A stretch of 64,000 nucleotides of DNA from Hypanus sabinus (lineage: Eukaryota), in NCBI RefSeq assembly GCF_030144855.1, contig NC_082709.1, forward strand, positions 172,360,001-172,424,000, written 5' to 3'. Below the pieces are notes generated by a model. It made no database searches and was not told the origin of the DNA. It saw only the letters and a list, made by a program, of their open reading frames with translations. Positions 25,112 to 39,999 of the stretch are shown in pieces (the first letter of the stretch is position 1; every line of letters begins with the position of its first letter). Position numbers and translations under genes: made by a program.

Positions 25112-27599
25112 TATAGGAGCATTTGCCAACCCAATTAAATTTCTATAAAAATCTATCACAAACAACAGAGCCCCCATCCCTGATCCCTGTGCGACATCTC
25201 TGGTCATAGAATTACGTCCCTCCACAATCACCCTATGTATTCTAATAGTCATGCCCAACTTGAATCCAATCTATGAAGTCACCATGGTCCCATGTGCCTC
25301 CAGGATCAGTATGGCTAACAGGAAACCATTAAGGTTTGTTCAGACAGGATTACAACCCCTAAACACAAGGGATTCTGCAGATGCTGGAAATCTTGAGCAA
25401 CAAATTGCTGGAGGAACTCAGCAGATCAGACAGCATCTACGGAGGGGAAAAAACTGACAATGTTTTGGGCCAAGGCCCTTCATCAGTGACTTGGTGAAGA
25501 TGTGATCAAGTTTGCTGATGATTTAAAGATAGATTGGTTAGAAATTTGATAGGCAACAACAAGGGTCATTCTAGGTCATTCTGTTGTGCTAGAAAGCTGA
25601 GGTCAGCAATAAGCCCCTGGGTTTTAGAAAGTGAATATTCATCACATTACCAAACCTCTCAGTTGACAAGAGTGAAGAAGAATGGCATGTATAATGGTTG
25701 ACAATACTCTCTTTCCATTTATCCTAGGAATGTTGCTTAGAGAAGCTTGTGTTCAATGTGCCTGTAGGAAATATTTCAGGTTAATGACCATCCATCCGAA
25801 GTAGGAAAATACAGAAAGGAAGCATCATTGTAGGGAAGTGAAGGGGTGGAGAGGAAAAAGGATCATAGTCATAGTCATACAGCACTACAGCACAGAAACA
25901 GGCCCTTCAGCCCACTTAGTCTATGCTGAACTGGTATTCTGCTAGTCCCATCCACCAGCACCTGGACCAGAGGTCTGCGCACCCATGTCCTTATCCAAAC
26001 ATCTCTTAAATATTGAAATCAAACTCACTCCCTCTGACAGTTCATTCCACATTCTCACTGCCCCCTGAGTGAATAAGATCCACCCCCCTCCCAAGTCCCT
26101 CTTAATTTTTTTAGCAGTACAGCACAGAATAGCCCTTCCCGCCATTCAAGCCCAGCTGCCTGACAACCCCTGACTTAACCCTAACTTAGTCACAAAACAA
26201 TCTACAATGATCCATTAACTTACTCAGTATGTCTTTGGACTGCGGGAAGAAACTGGCGTACCTACGGGAGAATCTACACATTCCATGAGGACGTACAAAC
26301 TCCTTACAGTGGATGCTGGGACTGAACTCTGAACTCTGCCACCCGGAGCTGTAATTCCCACACTACTGTGGCACCTTATTTCACCTGTCACCCTTAACCT
26401 ATGATCTCTAGTTCTAGTTTCACCCAGCTTCAGTGGAAACAGCCTGCTTGCATTAACTGCATCTATACTCCTCATAATTTTATGTATTTCTATCAAATCT
26501 CCCCTCATTCTCCTGCACTCCAGGGTACAAAGTCCTAACCTATTCACACTTTGCCTAGAACTCAGGCTAACATCTGCAATAGAGACCACAGCTGTCCAGA
26601 TGACAGAACTGATTTCAGTCTCACCTAGAAGAGGGGAATTAATACCAGTTGCTCAAGGCTGTTGTGTCCAGATCAATGTAAATAGAAGTGTTAAATAGAG
26701 GGAAAACAGCATGTATATAGACAGAGAAACTAAAACCAACATTCTGGGACCAGTAGCAAGCAGTGGCTGGAAATACAGAATAAAAGAAAATTCTGGAAAA
26801 ACTCAGCAGATCTGGGTAGAGGGAAAAACTGAGTTCAAGTTCTATGTGGTTGTCCCTGTGTCAGAAAAGTCCCACTCAGACAGGAACGAGGAGGAATGAT
26901 TCAGTGCTGAGAACTGAGACTGTAACCTGCCAAGATGTTTTACGGTTATTAAGATTACATTGCGATGTTATTAAAGTTTACTTTGGGATTTGTTGGAACA
27001 ATGCAAGAGCTCAAGGGTAAATAGGTCAGAGTGGGAGTGGGATGGAGAACTGAATTGACAGAAGGCTGGAAATGACTGAGGACTGAATGGAGATGTTTTA
27101 CAAAGCAGCCTGTCAACCTGCAGTTAGTTTATCCAGTCCAGATACAGTCACAAACTGAGCACCAAATGCCATTCATTGAGTTAAAAGAGGCAATGAGAAA
27201 AGGCTTTACCCCACCTGGGGCAGCACTGGAAGTCATAGTTATCCATCTCACTTCAAAATCCACAAACTCATTCTCCAGATCACCTCTGTAACGTCACCCC
27301 ACATTCAACAAGATGAGTCTCTCTAATCATTCATCCAGTCCCTGCAATCATTCCCTCCAGTCATCAGCCTTATACCCCAAATAGCACTTTGCAACGTAGC
27401 ACTGGTGAAACGGGGCGACACTTTGCACGCAGTTTACAAAACTTCTAAATCTACTGTTTCTGAGCTACCTTCACTGCAATCTGCAGCCAGAACTTCCTTT
27501 TAAGTAATGTACTTTTGAATCGTCTTAATAAACTAGTGATTTCACGACCTTCTGAAGGACATGGCGGACTGAACTCTCAACAATGCAGGAACGGCATCT

Positions 27600-30500
27600 T
27601 TAAGCTTACAAAGGTACATCATCATAGCTGGAAGAGAGAAAGGAGGGGAGCACTCCAAGCCAGGCTGAGATGCAGACAACTGAAACTCCCTCTACCCCGC
27701 ATTTTGGTAGCAAATGTATAGTCACCGAAGAACAAGATTGAGGACCTAAGGGCAGGATGGCTGTATCGGAGAGAAATGAGGAATTGTTGCATTCTCTGTT
27801 TCACGGAGACATGGCTCCCTCTAGACAAGCTGAATATAGTAAGTCAGTAAGACCTGAGGGCTTCTCAATACACAGGATGGACTGGGCTGCTGTTTCAAAG
27901 AAGGCATGAGGTGGGGATCTGTGTTTCATGATAAACTCTTTGTAGCACTTGAATGTAGCAGTATGGTCACACTCTTGTTCCCCCAAGCTGGAACATCTAG
28001 TGATTAACAGCTGACTGTTCTACTTACCAGGAGATCTCTCCTCTGTGATTCTGACACATACTGCCAAAGGCCGATGTTCAGCATGCACTCGAGGTAGAGT
28101 GCAGCAAAACCAAACAAAAGAGGCTACGCCGGTGTATTTTTTTGTAATTTATTTTTTATTGTTCACCTCAAACAAACATTTCCATAAGATGTATTTCAAA
28201 TATTGCACATATATATCGTATAGTCATATATGCCACAGATCTCCACATAATATTTATCTGAGGTATACACTTATAGAAAAGAGAGGAAAGAAAGAACAAG
28301 CGAAAGGAGAAAACTATGTACAAGTAGGGAGTGATCTGTTTTTACAACATATTCATTGATTTGTGAGGATAAAATCAGGCCTGTGAGGTGTTATGTAGTT
28401 AAACCATTTTTCCCAGTATGAATCAAATTGTTCCAGTTTATGATTAACAGATGCTGTTATCTTCTCCATTTTGTAGATGTCCATTGTAATTTCCATCCAT
28501 GCATTTAAAGTTGGGCTCTCTTGTGATAACCATTTCCTAGTAAGAGTCTTTTTGTCAGCCAGAAGCAGTATATTCATTAAATATTTATCTCTTTTCAACC
28601 ATTCTTGAGGTATATACCCAAAATATATGGTCTTACTCTCGAAGGGTATTTCACATTTAAAGAATGTCTTGTAGAGCATTGAAATGGACTCTTAAAATAT
28701 GGAAAACTATTATAAAAGAACACACCAATGCATTTGAAATCATTGTCAGGGACATTATCATCAACATATCAACAGTAGCACAAGGGGTTCGCAACTCACT
28801 CAACCACTGTTATACTATGCCTACTGTTCCATCCCAAGACCACATTTCAGGAAACCTGATCACTGAGCTGTCTTTCTTCTACTTCCACACGGACAGAGGC
28901 TGAAGAGAAAGACCCCAGAGATGAGGACAATGAAGAGCAGGTTGCGAGAGGCAGTGGAGAGGCTACAGGATTGCCTCAAGTCAGTGGACCACGTTCAAGG
29001 ACTTATCAAAGGATCTGAATGAATATGCCACAGTTGTCACAGAAGAGTGCGTCCCCCCCCCAACTTCATTCAGAGTCTTTCCCAATCAGAAGATCCTCAA
29101 TCTGCAAATACCGCTGATCAGGTCTGGCAACCAAGTAAAATACTTTTTCTGAAAAGCCATCTCACGGACAAAGTGTAAATCCTCAACCAGACTTGAATCA
29201 CTGAAGGATGCTGGACAGCTGGGCAGGACTTGAATTCTATCACCTCCTACAAAGTGAAACCAAACACGATTTCGCTCCCAGATGAGCCCAATGCCTCGAA
29301 TGCTGACATTGCCTTAATGGACCTTCACATATTCCTACAGCCCCTGACAACTCTGTGATTTCAGTCTCTGAGGTTGATGTGAGAGTGTCATTCAGGAGGG
29401 TGAACCCATAGAAAGCATCCAGACAAGACATGGTTCCTGGATAAAAGTGCCAGGCATACCTGAAATACGAAAGACCTGAACCAATCAACTGGCTGGAGTG
29501 TTTGCAGATATCATTAACCTCTCGCTTCAGCAGTCTGAGGTACCCACTGGCTTCAAACAGGCTTCAATTATACCAGTGCCTAAGAACATGGTAACCTGCC
29601 TTAATGACTATCATCCAGTAGCACTTACATCCACTGTGATGAAGTGCTTTGAGAGGGTGGTGATGAAACTTATCAACTCCTATCTGAGAAGAGACTTGGA
29701 CCTGATCCAACTTGCCTACTGTCACAACAGGTCAACAGCAGATGCCATTCCATTGGCTCGTCACTGGACCCTGGACCAGCTGGACAGTGAAGATGCTTAC
29801 ATCAGAATGCTCGTCATTGACTACAGCTCGGCATTCAGTACCATCATTCTCTCAAAACTAATCAATAAAGTCCAAGACCTAGGTGTCAATAGCTCCTTGT
29901 GCAACTGGATCCTCAATTTCTGCACTTGTAGACCCCAGTCATTTTGGATTGGCAGCAACATCTCCACAATCACTCACCATCAGCACAGGCACACCATAAG
30001 GATGTGTGCTTAGCTCCCTGCTCTGCTTGCTTTATACTCATGACTCTGTGGCTTAACACATCCCAATGCCATATTTAGGTTTGTGATGACACCGCTGTCA
30101 TTGGCCAAATCAAAGGTGCTGACAAATCAGCATGTGGGAGAGTGATTCAAAATCTGGCTGAGGGATGGCACAACAACAATCTCTCACTCAGTCAGCAAGA
30201 CCAAGGAGCTGATTATTAACTACAGGAAGAGGAAACCGGAGGTCCATCAGCCAGTCCTCATCAAGGAATCAGAGGTGGAGATGGTCAGCAACTTTAAATA
30301 CTTGTGCTATCATTTCAGAGGATCTGTCTTGACTCTAGCACGTACTGTAAGTGCCATTACAAAGAAAGCACAACAGCACCTCTACTTTCTTAGAAATTCA
30401 GCATGTCATCTAAAACTTTGACAAAATTCTATTGATAGGCGGTGGAGAATATACTGACTGGAAACACCAATGCCCTTGAACAGAAATGCCTGCAAAAATT

Positions 30501-31042
30501 AGTGGATACGGCCAGTCCGTCAGGGGTAAAGCTCTCCCCACCAGAGTGCATCTACAGGGAGCGCTGTCGCAGGAATGCAGCATCATTATCAACGTCCTCC
30601 ACCATCTAGGCCGTGCTTTCTTCGTGCTGCTGCCATCAAGAAGGAAGCACAGGATTCTTAGAGCCTACACCAGCACGTTTAGGAACAGTTATTACCCCTC
30701 AATCATCAGGCACTTGAACCAAAGTAGTTAACTTTACTCACCTCAACACAGAACTGCTCCCCCAGCCGTTGGACTCACTTTCAAGGACTCTTCAACTCAC
30801 ACTCTTGATAATTATTGTTTATTTATTATTATTATCATTATCATTATTATTATTATATTATTATTATTTTATTTTTGTATTTGCTCTGTTTGTTGTCTTT
30901 CACACACTGGTTGCTTGTCCATCCGGTTTTATGCAGTCTTCTATTGTGTTTCTTGGATCTACTGTGAATGCCCACAAGAAAATGAACTACAGGGTTGGAC
31001 GTGATAACATTTATGTACCTTGATAATAAATTTACTTTGAAC
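27600..31042 (+). mobile_element. Rex1/Babar-type LINE, decayed, near full-length, interrupted by an L1 fragment
   Basis: PLPRILVANV endonuclease start. ORF 29498..30013: [35 protein letters not shown]. tactttgaacttt tail. Confidence 0.88.
28135..28680 (-). mobile_element. L1 LINE ORF2 C-terminus plus 3' UTR and poly(A)
   Basis: ORF 28353..28679 (..KKTLTRKWLSQESPTLNAW..MEKIT..WEKWFNY). tttatt signal and T-run at ~28137-28160. Confidence 0.82.
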
Positions 31043-31844
31043 TTTGACTTCCACCCCCACGATCCTTACTGACTCCAAAGCAGCTTTTCTCAATGTGGTC
31101 CCTTCGCAATCGCCTTTCCTGATCATCTCCCCAACTCTTTGCCCGGAATCTTTGTCTCTGTCCCCCTCTCTCTCTATGATGGCAATACCCTCCCCACCCC
31201 GAAGCACCCCTACTGCAAGCCTATCCAGTACTGCTTCTGCCATATCCACTCTGCAGTGATGGGAATTGTGGAATTGCCTATCCAATCACACAGAATGGCT
31301 CGGGTGGGATATGATATCCTAACATGCCGCAAACTTAAGAGATACTGCAGGTCATACTTGGGGCTTCACCAAGGGGGAGGACCAGCTGTGACCTCTTTGA
31401 ATAACAGTCTAAGCTGGAGGGTCTCTTTAGATTCCTCTGCCAGTATTTTGTATGTTATCCAACTGCAGACATTAAATCAGATCCCTCAGGCTCTTTCATG
31501 AAAAGAATTCCATGTGATGACATTACTGTCCTAACAATGAATCAAAGCCAGATCATTTTTTAATTTTGTTTTTCTTTGCAGCCTAGATCTTTTATAACTT
31601 TTCCCCACTGCTTTTATAACCTTTTTGTTCTTGCAATAAGCAATGTCCATTAGATACATTGTCAGCAATCAGCCTAATGACGAACCATAAGATTCTCCCC
31701 ATCCACCGACATTCTCCAGTCATCGGCAGTAAAACGGCGTCTGCAGAAAAATTTGAATCTATAAGATAAATATTCAGAATTTTCCATAAAGCAGTGCAGA
31801 TTGTTCTCCCCCATCTGGCCCGCATATGCACTTCTTATTATTCC

Positions 31845-32044
31845 NNNNNNNNNNNNNNNNNNNNNNNNNNNNNNNNNNNNNNNNNNNNNNNNNNNNNNNN
31901 NNNNNNNNNNNNNNNNNNNNNNNNNNNNNNNNNNNNNNNNNNNNNNNNNNNNNNNNNNNNNNNNNNNNNNNNNNNNNNNNNNNNNNNNNNNNNNNNNNNN
32001 NNNNNNNNNNNNNNNNNNNNNNNNNNNNNNNNNNNNNNNNNNNN
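31845..32044. other. Assembly gap (200 N)
   Basis: Run of exactly 200 N, a typical fixed-size scaffold spacer. Confidence 0.99.
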
Positions 32045-33194
32045 CCCTGACTTCAAACAACTTTTGCAGACAAAAGTGGGAGGAGGGTCAGATAGCTTTC
32101 TATGCAGCCACTGGTAGTTTAAAGGCAAGGATGTCCTCTGCAGAAGTGATTCCAAAACAGAGCATTTCCTCCCGAATACAGTACTTCAAAAGAAAGCATC
32201 CTCGGTACTAAAAGTACTACATTTGGTGTTACGCTGTAATAATGTAGATGCACACTGATCTGAGGAAAGTGGAAATTCAGACAGGTTCAATTGTCAGCAG
32301 AGTGCTCGTGCAGATATGGAATCTCCTTCCTGTTGTTCCAGGATGCCAGCCTGAAGCAACTAGCTTTTAAATTGATTCTGTGCCCAAAGCATCCTTCCTC
32401 TTTACAATCACCGAGGGACCAGCAGTAAATCTCCAGCATTTTATTTCTCAATATCCAGCCGTTTTATCTTTCATCAAATAACTTGTGTGTGTGCAGCTGT
32501 GTAATCATTTGATGGCACTTGGACGATTTTTTGTTTAATCAACAGCAGATCCAGGCAGAGAGGTAACAAGGACAAATCATCCCAAGTTGTAAATTGGTCA
32601 GTGCTTTTAAAAAAAAACCAGATATGTGAAAATGCTCTCTCTTGCCCTTCCCCACTATTCTTGCAAATAACAGGCCAATGACTTAAGAAAAATTTATTCT
32701 ATTTATTTATCTATTCAGAGAAACAGTGCGGATAGGCCTTTACGGGCCAGCAAACCCCAACAACCCTAGATTTAACCCCAGCCTAATCATGAGGAAATTT
32801 ACAATGACCAATTAACCTACTAGCCAGTACGCCTCCAAACACCGGAGCACGTGGAGAAAACCCACACATTCCACGGAAAGGACGTACAAATTCCTTATAG
32901 AGGTTGCCAGAACTGAACTCCGTACTCCGACGCACCAAGCTGCAATAGCACTGTGCTAACCGCTACGCTACTGTGGTGCTCATGAAGGCAACTTTTTTTC
33001 TGCATAGCTTAATAATTGAACAACATATAGAGCCATTTAGCAAATTGAGTTCAGAGCTTAGAAATGTCCAAATTGCAATCAGAAACAAAAAAAACTCCCC
33101 AGATAAAAATTAAAGAAACAAACTGAGAATGTGTACAGTAATTATCAGTTTTTTTCAAAATACTTCGAGATGTTGTTGAACAAAACTAATATGG

Positions 33195-33200
33195 TTTATT
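33195..33200 (-). terminator. Probable PSMG1 polyadenylation signal (AATAAA)
   Basis: tttatt on + strand, ~100 nt downstream of the stop codon, followed by T/GT-rich sequence on the minus strand. Confidence 0.6.
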
Positions 33201-33302
33201 ATTTCAATATTTAATAAAACATCACTAAAGGCAGGTAGCAAATAACATTCTTCTGGAATCCACTCCACTGCTAATGTACAAATGAATTAGAAATTGTTAG
33301 TC

Positions 33303-33377
33303 TCATGTATACAGGTTGCTCTGGATCTTGTTGGCATCTACTAGCTGTTTCAGTATTTCTGCACTTCGGGAGTTATC
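33303..33377 (-). CDS. PSMG1: PSMG1 exon 7, last coding exon (DNSRSAEILKQLVDANKIQSNLYT*)
   Basis: cttccttgcAG acceptor, TGA at 33305-33303. Aligns with human ..EILKKL....EIQSNIYT. Ends in the HbYX motif. The seven exons total 843 nt in an uninterrupted frame. Confidence 0.96.
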   Translation of the reverse strand, partial: DNSRSAEILKQLVDANKIQSNLYT

Positions 33378-36300
33378 CTGCAAGGAAGCAAAGAAAATAG
33401 TCAAATGTCAATAGCTTTTAGCCTCCAAGGGTTCCTGGGCTGGAAAATCAAAGACATAAGACAAAAAGACACAGGAGCAAAGTTAGGCCACCCAGTCCAT
33501 TCCATTGTGGCTGATTTATCATACACCTCAACTCATTCTCCTACCTTCTCACCAGAACCTTTGACACGAAGACTAATCAAGGTCCTATCAACCTCCGCTT
33601 TAAATATACCCAAAGACTTGGCCTCCAGAACCAAATGTGGCAATAAATTCCATTGATTTGCCATGCTGTGACTAAAGAAATTCTTTCTTATCTCTGTTCT
33701 AATAAGATGTCCTTGTATTCTGAGGCTTTCCCCCTTGGTCCTAGACACCCCCACTACAGGAAATAACCTCTCCACTCCCACACTATCTAGGCCATTTCAG
33801 TATTTAATATACTCTAAGTGTATATAATGTAGAGTTGAGAGAGAAAGGGAAATAGAGAGAGGAAATTGTTATCATTTTGCACAGCTATTCATTTAGTCCC
33901 GCCGTAGTATTTTTGTTATATCCCACAGGTTCCAAATGGCCAACATTTCCTGTCCTCCCATAAAAACATGGTGCTAGACACACACAGCATGTCGGGTAGC
34001 GACTGCACTGAAAGAAACAAGTTCAAGTTTAAAGTTTATTGTTATCTGACTGCATATACTGTACAAGCAAACAAAACAACATTTCTCTGGATCATGGTGC
34101 AAATAATTTTTTTTCTGATTTATCCTAGTTTAATCATGGTAACGTCCTCAATGCATTTTCTTATGTAGTAGTCACCGATCCCACATATTCATCAATGTTG
34201 ACGTGATGATTGTAGGTAGCCTCCTCCCCAAATATGCTCCTGCCCAGTTTTTGAAGCAACTCTGCAACTGTACAGCACTGCAGTGGCACCTTCTGGCCAG
34301 GTCCTGATCTCGCTGTGAAATGATTTGACTTGTTTAACCAGTGGTTAACAAAAGCGATTAGCAAAATGGAAATGGAGTCTGAGAACCCGAAGTGAGGCCA
34401 GGGTATAGCTTGTAGTCTCCGAAAACTTTGGTATAAACCAGGAGTGTTTTTAAATTGGCATGATTGAAGTCACCAGCCATCGGAGCAAGTGGCTTTGAGA
34501 TTGTAGATTGCACTGTAGAGCTCCCCCAGCGTTTCTCCAGCACTAGTACCAGCACGGGGAGGTTTGCAGATTTAAGCAGCAATAATCACCATGGCAGTGA
34601 ACTCCCTCAGTAAGTAGAAGGAAGGGTCTGCAGTTCACCATTAAAAACAGTATCCTCATTGTATCAACAGTATCCTCATCTCATCCTGAGGTGTTCGCAC
34701 ACCAGTTCTCAATGATTAGACACACAGTCCTTCATGGGTAGTAGAGCACGTAGTCATGGCTGAGTAGACCACGACGCGAAGCCACAGCCCACTCCCCATG
34801 TTAGTCCATGACTGTGCAACACCTTCATTATTCTGCTCACTCGCGAGCTAGACTTGAGGATTTTAATGTTTTCGTGTTTTTTGGTCATAGAAAACACAAA
34901 CAGGACAAGAACTTTCACCATTGGTTGGAGCTGGAGTGGCTGCAGTGCCATGCAGGCCACCATCTTGTATCTGGTTGAAAACCCCTCACCATAAACAGGA
35001 ATGTGAGAAAACAAATTAAATTTAAGGCTGGGGGAGAATGAATAGAAGCAACAGTTCCTGTCAGAGGAAAAGATTTGGGAACAGCTTCTTCCCCTCTGCC
35101 ATCAAATTTCTTAATGTACATTGAACCCATAAACACTACCTTACTCCTTTTTTTCTCTCTTTTTGCACTACTTACTTAACTTTATACACACACACACACA
35201 CACTTCTTACTGTAATTTACAGTTATATATATATACTGCTGCTGCATAACAACAAATTTCACGACATGTGCCGGTGATATTAAACCTGATTCTGATTCAG
35301 GGTCACTTAATGTACAAACACTCCTGTGTCCAGCGTCACTTTCTGGACATACAATCAATTTGTGTATTTATTTTGTGCTGCAATGGATCAGGAGTAACAA
35401 TAATTTTGTTCTCTTTTACACTGATATAATGGAAATGAGTTTAAGCCACCTTGAATCTCGAAAATGCTGGAGGAACGTCACAGATCAGGCAGTATCCATG
35501 CTGAGGAACAAAGAATCACCAAGAGATATCCTCAGTAGGATTAAGCCATAGTTTCCCAGGTGATTCATGTGGAGAAGTTCCTCTTCCTATCCATTCCTCT
35601 CCTACCCTCTCTGTAAATGAAAACGAACTTGTTGTCTCATGGTTCCAGTCCCAACGAAGACTCTTTGAGCTGAAACGTCAGCTCGGTTTATCTTTCCATT
35701 AATATTGCCAGACCTGCTGAGTGCTTTTCTGTTTTCAACACAGCATCTGTAATTTTTGATTTTCAATTCAAGTCCTCACTCACTGTCCCTGTCTCCTGCC
35801 TCCAATGCTTTAAACATTGAGTTATTATTGTTATTGTATATCTACTGAGATACAGTGAAAAGCTTTTGTCTGCATGTCATTCAATCAGATCTGACCATAA
35901 GTAATCAGAAGAGAAGAGAATGCAGAATATAGCATTCTGCAGTTACAAAGAAAGTGCAGTGCAGGTGGACAAATGAAGTGCAAGGGCCACAATGAGTTAA
36001 ATTGAGCTGAAGGATTAACATTTAAGACAGCAGAACAATTCTAACAGATGAAATGAATGGATCTGCTGTAGCCATCTCACAAAGAATTACTATGCTCCAA
36101 TACCATCAGGTGGACATCTCAATTCACTCACTGCCTCATGATCCTATTCAGGTTCCTTCTCCTTATGCTGCAATCTATCATCCTCTTTCCCCCACTCCAT
36201 TCCCCTCACCAACTTCTCCATTCCTGATTCCGCTCAGCCATTCTTTCCATCTCTCGAAAGTTCCTCTGGTTATTCTGCTATCTTTTACCACGCCTCTCAA

Positions 36301-37807
36301 AGTCCAACCCTACGTCCCCGCCATGAGAGGAGGAAACGGGGCTCTAGTAAAGATGTACAGGCCAATCCCCTGCACAGTGGATGCAATGGATTGAATAAGC
36401 GTTGATGAACTCCAACCATACCAACAACTTCAGAGGACGATGGAGAGAGAAGGGCGTCAATGACCTTCGCCCCACTAAGGAGCCAAGGGCCCAAGTTAAT
36501 AACTAAGTAGGTTTATTACAACACTTGTAAACCATAATGTCATCCTCATGATCACCCCACACTACCCAATTTACTTCTTCAGTTCAGTATCCATTTTGTT
36601 AATCCAGCTACAAAGTATCTTGGGCTAGTTTCTGGATTACAAGTCTAATAAAAAAGAGAATGGTTAACTAGAAATCATACGGCAGAAAGAGTTATTCTGA
36701 CCATGTTGGACTGCAGAATGTATACAAATACACAACGAGTCCTGGCTATGATGGGACCCACTGTGAAGAACAGCTGGAAAACTTTGTAAACTGGCACATA
36801 AAGTATACTGACTTGACAAGATACTGGCGGGGTACTGACCACAGATTCTAACGGTCCCCTTCAGTACAGACATGAGGAAAGCAGAGAAGTGGAATTAATA
36901 GGCTTTAAGTTCTTATTTCAAATTCCAGTTCCCAGAATGATATCAAACTGTTACTTTTATCAATTAGACTCTTGCTTTAAACCTAAAAGTTCTTTAAGAA
37001 CCTTTAACGTTCGGCATGGACTAGAAGGGCCGAGATGGCCTGTTTCTGTGCTGTAATTGTTATATGGTTATAATGCCAAGATAGCTTGCTTGCAGTTTGT
37101 ACACAACTTACAGACAAATGTTACCTTTCCTGCCTAACAGTCTTTGATATATGCTTGCAGCATGAAGATCAAGCTTAAGGACAGCTTCTATCCCACAGTT
37201 TTGAATGGACTTCTTGTAGGATAAGATGGATTCTTGGCCTCACAATCTACTTATCATCTTGCACTTTATTGTTTACCTGCATTGTACTTTTTCTTCTGGT
37301 AGCTTTGACACTTTATTCTGTATTATTATTGTTTTATCTTATTCTAGCTCATATTCCTGTGAGTTAGGGACATATTATACCAGCATGCTAAGTCAGCTCT
37401 AGCAGACTGGGCGGATGAGATCTACAGTGACACCCAACAGCCAGGAAGGAGGTACTGCAATGCTCCATGGAGAGCGAAGGGCATGACAGGGCACAGAAGA
37501 CATCACGGTTATCTACTGCAACCAGAGAAGACTCCAGTTTGTGATGCTTGTTTGTACCACTGAACTTGGACTTCTGAGGGCAAGAGAGTGGAACTGCCCC
37601 AGTGCAACGGCTTTTCCATTTCAAAAACTCCCCTGCACGTTTCCTATGATGGTCTGGCACAACGCACAACCACTGCAAAGCTCAATGATTTGACCCATAT
37701 GAACTGTTTCTAGACAAGCTTTTCACCTCATCATGGTACGAGACAATAAGACTAATACCAACACCAACTGTATGTCCATGTAACGATTAAGAATAAACTG
37801 TCCTTAC

Positions 37808-37944
37808 CTTTACCAAAGTATTCAAGCTCCTACACGCGAGCACTGGCTTAAAGGCTTCTATGGTCAAAGTATCCAATGCTGTAATATCACTATAGCAATG
37901 GTAGAGTACAGCAGGAATCTCTCGAACCTGACAGTAGGTCAGAA
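37808..37944 (-). CDS. PSMG1: PSMG1 exon 6 (LTYCQVREIPAVLYHCYSDITALDTLTIEAFKPVLACRSLNTLVK)
   Basis: ttcccAG acceptor, GTAAGG donor, 137 nt. Aligns with human LSYCQVWKIPAILYLCYTD..EAFKPIL..SLKGLVK. Confidence 0.97.
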
Positions 37945-39145
37945 CTGGGAACAAAGAACAAAAACACACCTCTCAGTTTTTGATATTTCTCCACACCAAC
38001 CCTCCCAAATTCTCAGAAAGCAAACATCCAAACTGCAGTCAAGCCACACACAACACTGATGTGCTCCACTCTGGTCAGAGGTAATTTGGTTCATCTTCTT
38101 TAGGGTGACAGCAAAATTCTCACTCACGGCCTCAGTTCAATAACTGGGATCATACAAGAGAAACAGCCGCTTTGGCTGAGGTGTCGAGATGTGAATCCAA
38201 ATCCTGTGAGCTACTGCTCTTCACGTGAGAAAACATGGGAAATAAAAGACCCAGCCAACCAAATTGGGGCAGCACAGTAACACGGCAGTTAGCGTAACGT
38301 AACCCTGTTATAGCGGCAGTGACCAAGGTTCAAATCCGCCGCTGTCCATAGAGTTGTACGTTCTCCCCATGACCGGCACGGGTTAGTAGGTTAATTGGAC
38401 ATATGGATGTAATTGGGCAATGCAGGCATGTTATCATGCAGTACATCTAAAATAAAACTAGCAAGTTTAACTATCCAGCGGAAATCCAACAATCTACTTT
38501 TCAATGGGCTCTACTTAGTACCTGATTTTCAATTCAAATTAGTTTGCTTCAGGACAGCACGGCTTAAAGGTCAATTTTCAGTCAATTTATTACCTAAATT
38601 ATCTTACAGAGGTTACAGAAGTAATTGTACAAAGGAGTGGGCTGCCACCATTATATCGTGGATTTCAAGTGTACAGTTTTAAAGTAATTCTGAGAAGTAC
38701 TTTTCACTGTTAACATTTGAAAATTCAGTGTTGTCTCCGGCAGAAATCTATCCTTTCAATTTGATCTTTGATATTTGAGTACTTGATTGCTCTTTGTATG
38801 AGCTACTTATTTAATCGCATCCAGGGCTCAGAAAGACAAATTATTTATGGGGCAATTTTAGCAAGCACTGAGGAAGTGCTAGTGGACAGCCCACTTGAAG
38901 AGATGCAGTCAGTACTATAGAAGGAGCAGTGGGATAGCGGTTTAACCTTCCTGGCCACCAACGATACTACTGGATAAATGCAGGAATTCAAGCACCACCA
39001 CAGAGATGAAGATAAAAATAGCCAATTCCCAGAAACAGATATCAGATACCTAGCTTATCGAAGTTCAAATCAGCCATGATCGAATGGTGTAACAGTCTCA
39101 ATGGGCCAAATGGCCTAAATCTGCTCCTCTGTCTTGTGGTCTATG

Positions 39146-39225
39146 GTGGGGTTCCCAACCTTTTTTTTGCCATGGAGCCTTACCAATAATCGAGGGGTCC
39201 ATGGACCCAAGGATGGGAACCCCTC
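39146..39225. mobile_element. ~80-bp hAT-type MITE
   Basis: Inverted ends ggggttcccaacct / aggatgggaacccc with internal ccatgga repeats. Confidence 0.7.
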
Positions 39226-39699
39226 ATTAATGGTCTAAGTTGAAAGGGTAGGTTTCTACAGTAGACAACATTGAAAAACAGAACATTTTCATACATTAAG
39301 AACTGTATTAAGTTACAGCAATGGATTGGGACTATCAAGCCACACGTGGCAAAAGTTATTCACAGCCTTAGCCATTCACAGCTAGGTCAGCAATTCAAAG
39401 TGCCATTCACTGCCCATACATCAAGTTACTGAACAACAGTAGAGCACATGCTCTTACATTACAATTCAGAATCTGTCCAAGACTTATTGTTAAGATCAGA
39501 TCACCGCTCTATTACCATACGAGTGTAGAAGATAGATGACAAGTATTAGGATTTTCCAAAGGTATAGTTTTTCAAAAAAGTAAGATAGAAATGAGTTGAG
39601 AGGGAAGAGAAGGTGATCTTTATGCGCAATTGTGCTCTACGTGATGAGGGTAATGCGATTCATGGGCTAGTGTGGGATTCAAGTTCACAAAGAAAGCGT

Positions 39700-39990
39700 G
39701 GAGTGGCATGGCAGCGTAGTGGTTAGCACTAAGATTTACAGTGCCAGCTACTTGGGTTCAAGTCCTGCCGCTGTCTGTAAACAGTTTGTGCATTCTCCCT
39801 GTGACCACCTGGATTTCCTTCGGGTGCTCTGGTTTCCTCCCACAGTCCAAAAACATACCGGTTTGTAGGTTCATTGGTCATTGTAAATTGTTGTGTGATA
39901 AGGCTAGGGTTAAATCAGGGGATTAATGGGCAGCGCAGTTCAAAGGGCCGGAAGGGCTTATTCCACACTATATCTTAATCAGTCAATAAA
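39700..39990 (+). mobile_element. tRNA-derived V-SINE (HE1-like)
   Basis: A box (AGCGTAGTGG), B box GGTTCAAGTCC, V domain gggtgctctggtttcctcccacagtccaaa. Relatives at ~4100-4530, 16925-17370, 23610-23900, 26110-26375, 32710-32980, 38265-38450, 47985-48250, 55740-56010 and 57640-57935. Confidence 0.85.
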
Positions 39991-39999
39991 CTGGGTTGT

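Noticed and set aside
31044-31501. Ser/Pro-rich ORFs
   Set aside because: Low-complexity, pyrimidine-biased sequence with no recognisable homology.
31674-32211. ORFs spanning the N run
   Set aside because: Artefacts of the assembly gap.
39700-39775. tRNA-like A and B boxes
   Set aside because: This is a SINE head. No complete cloverleaf is evident, and it continues into the V-SINE body.
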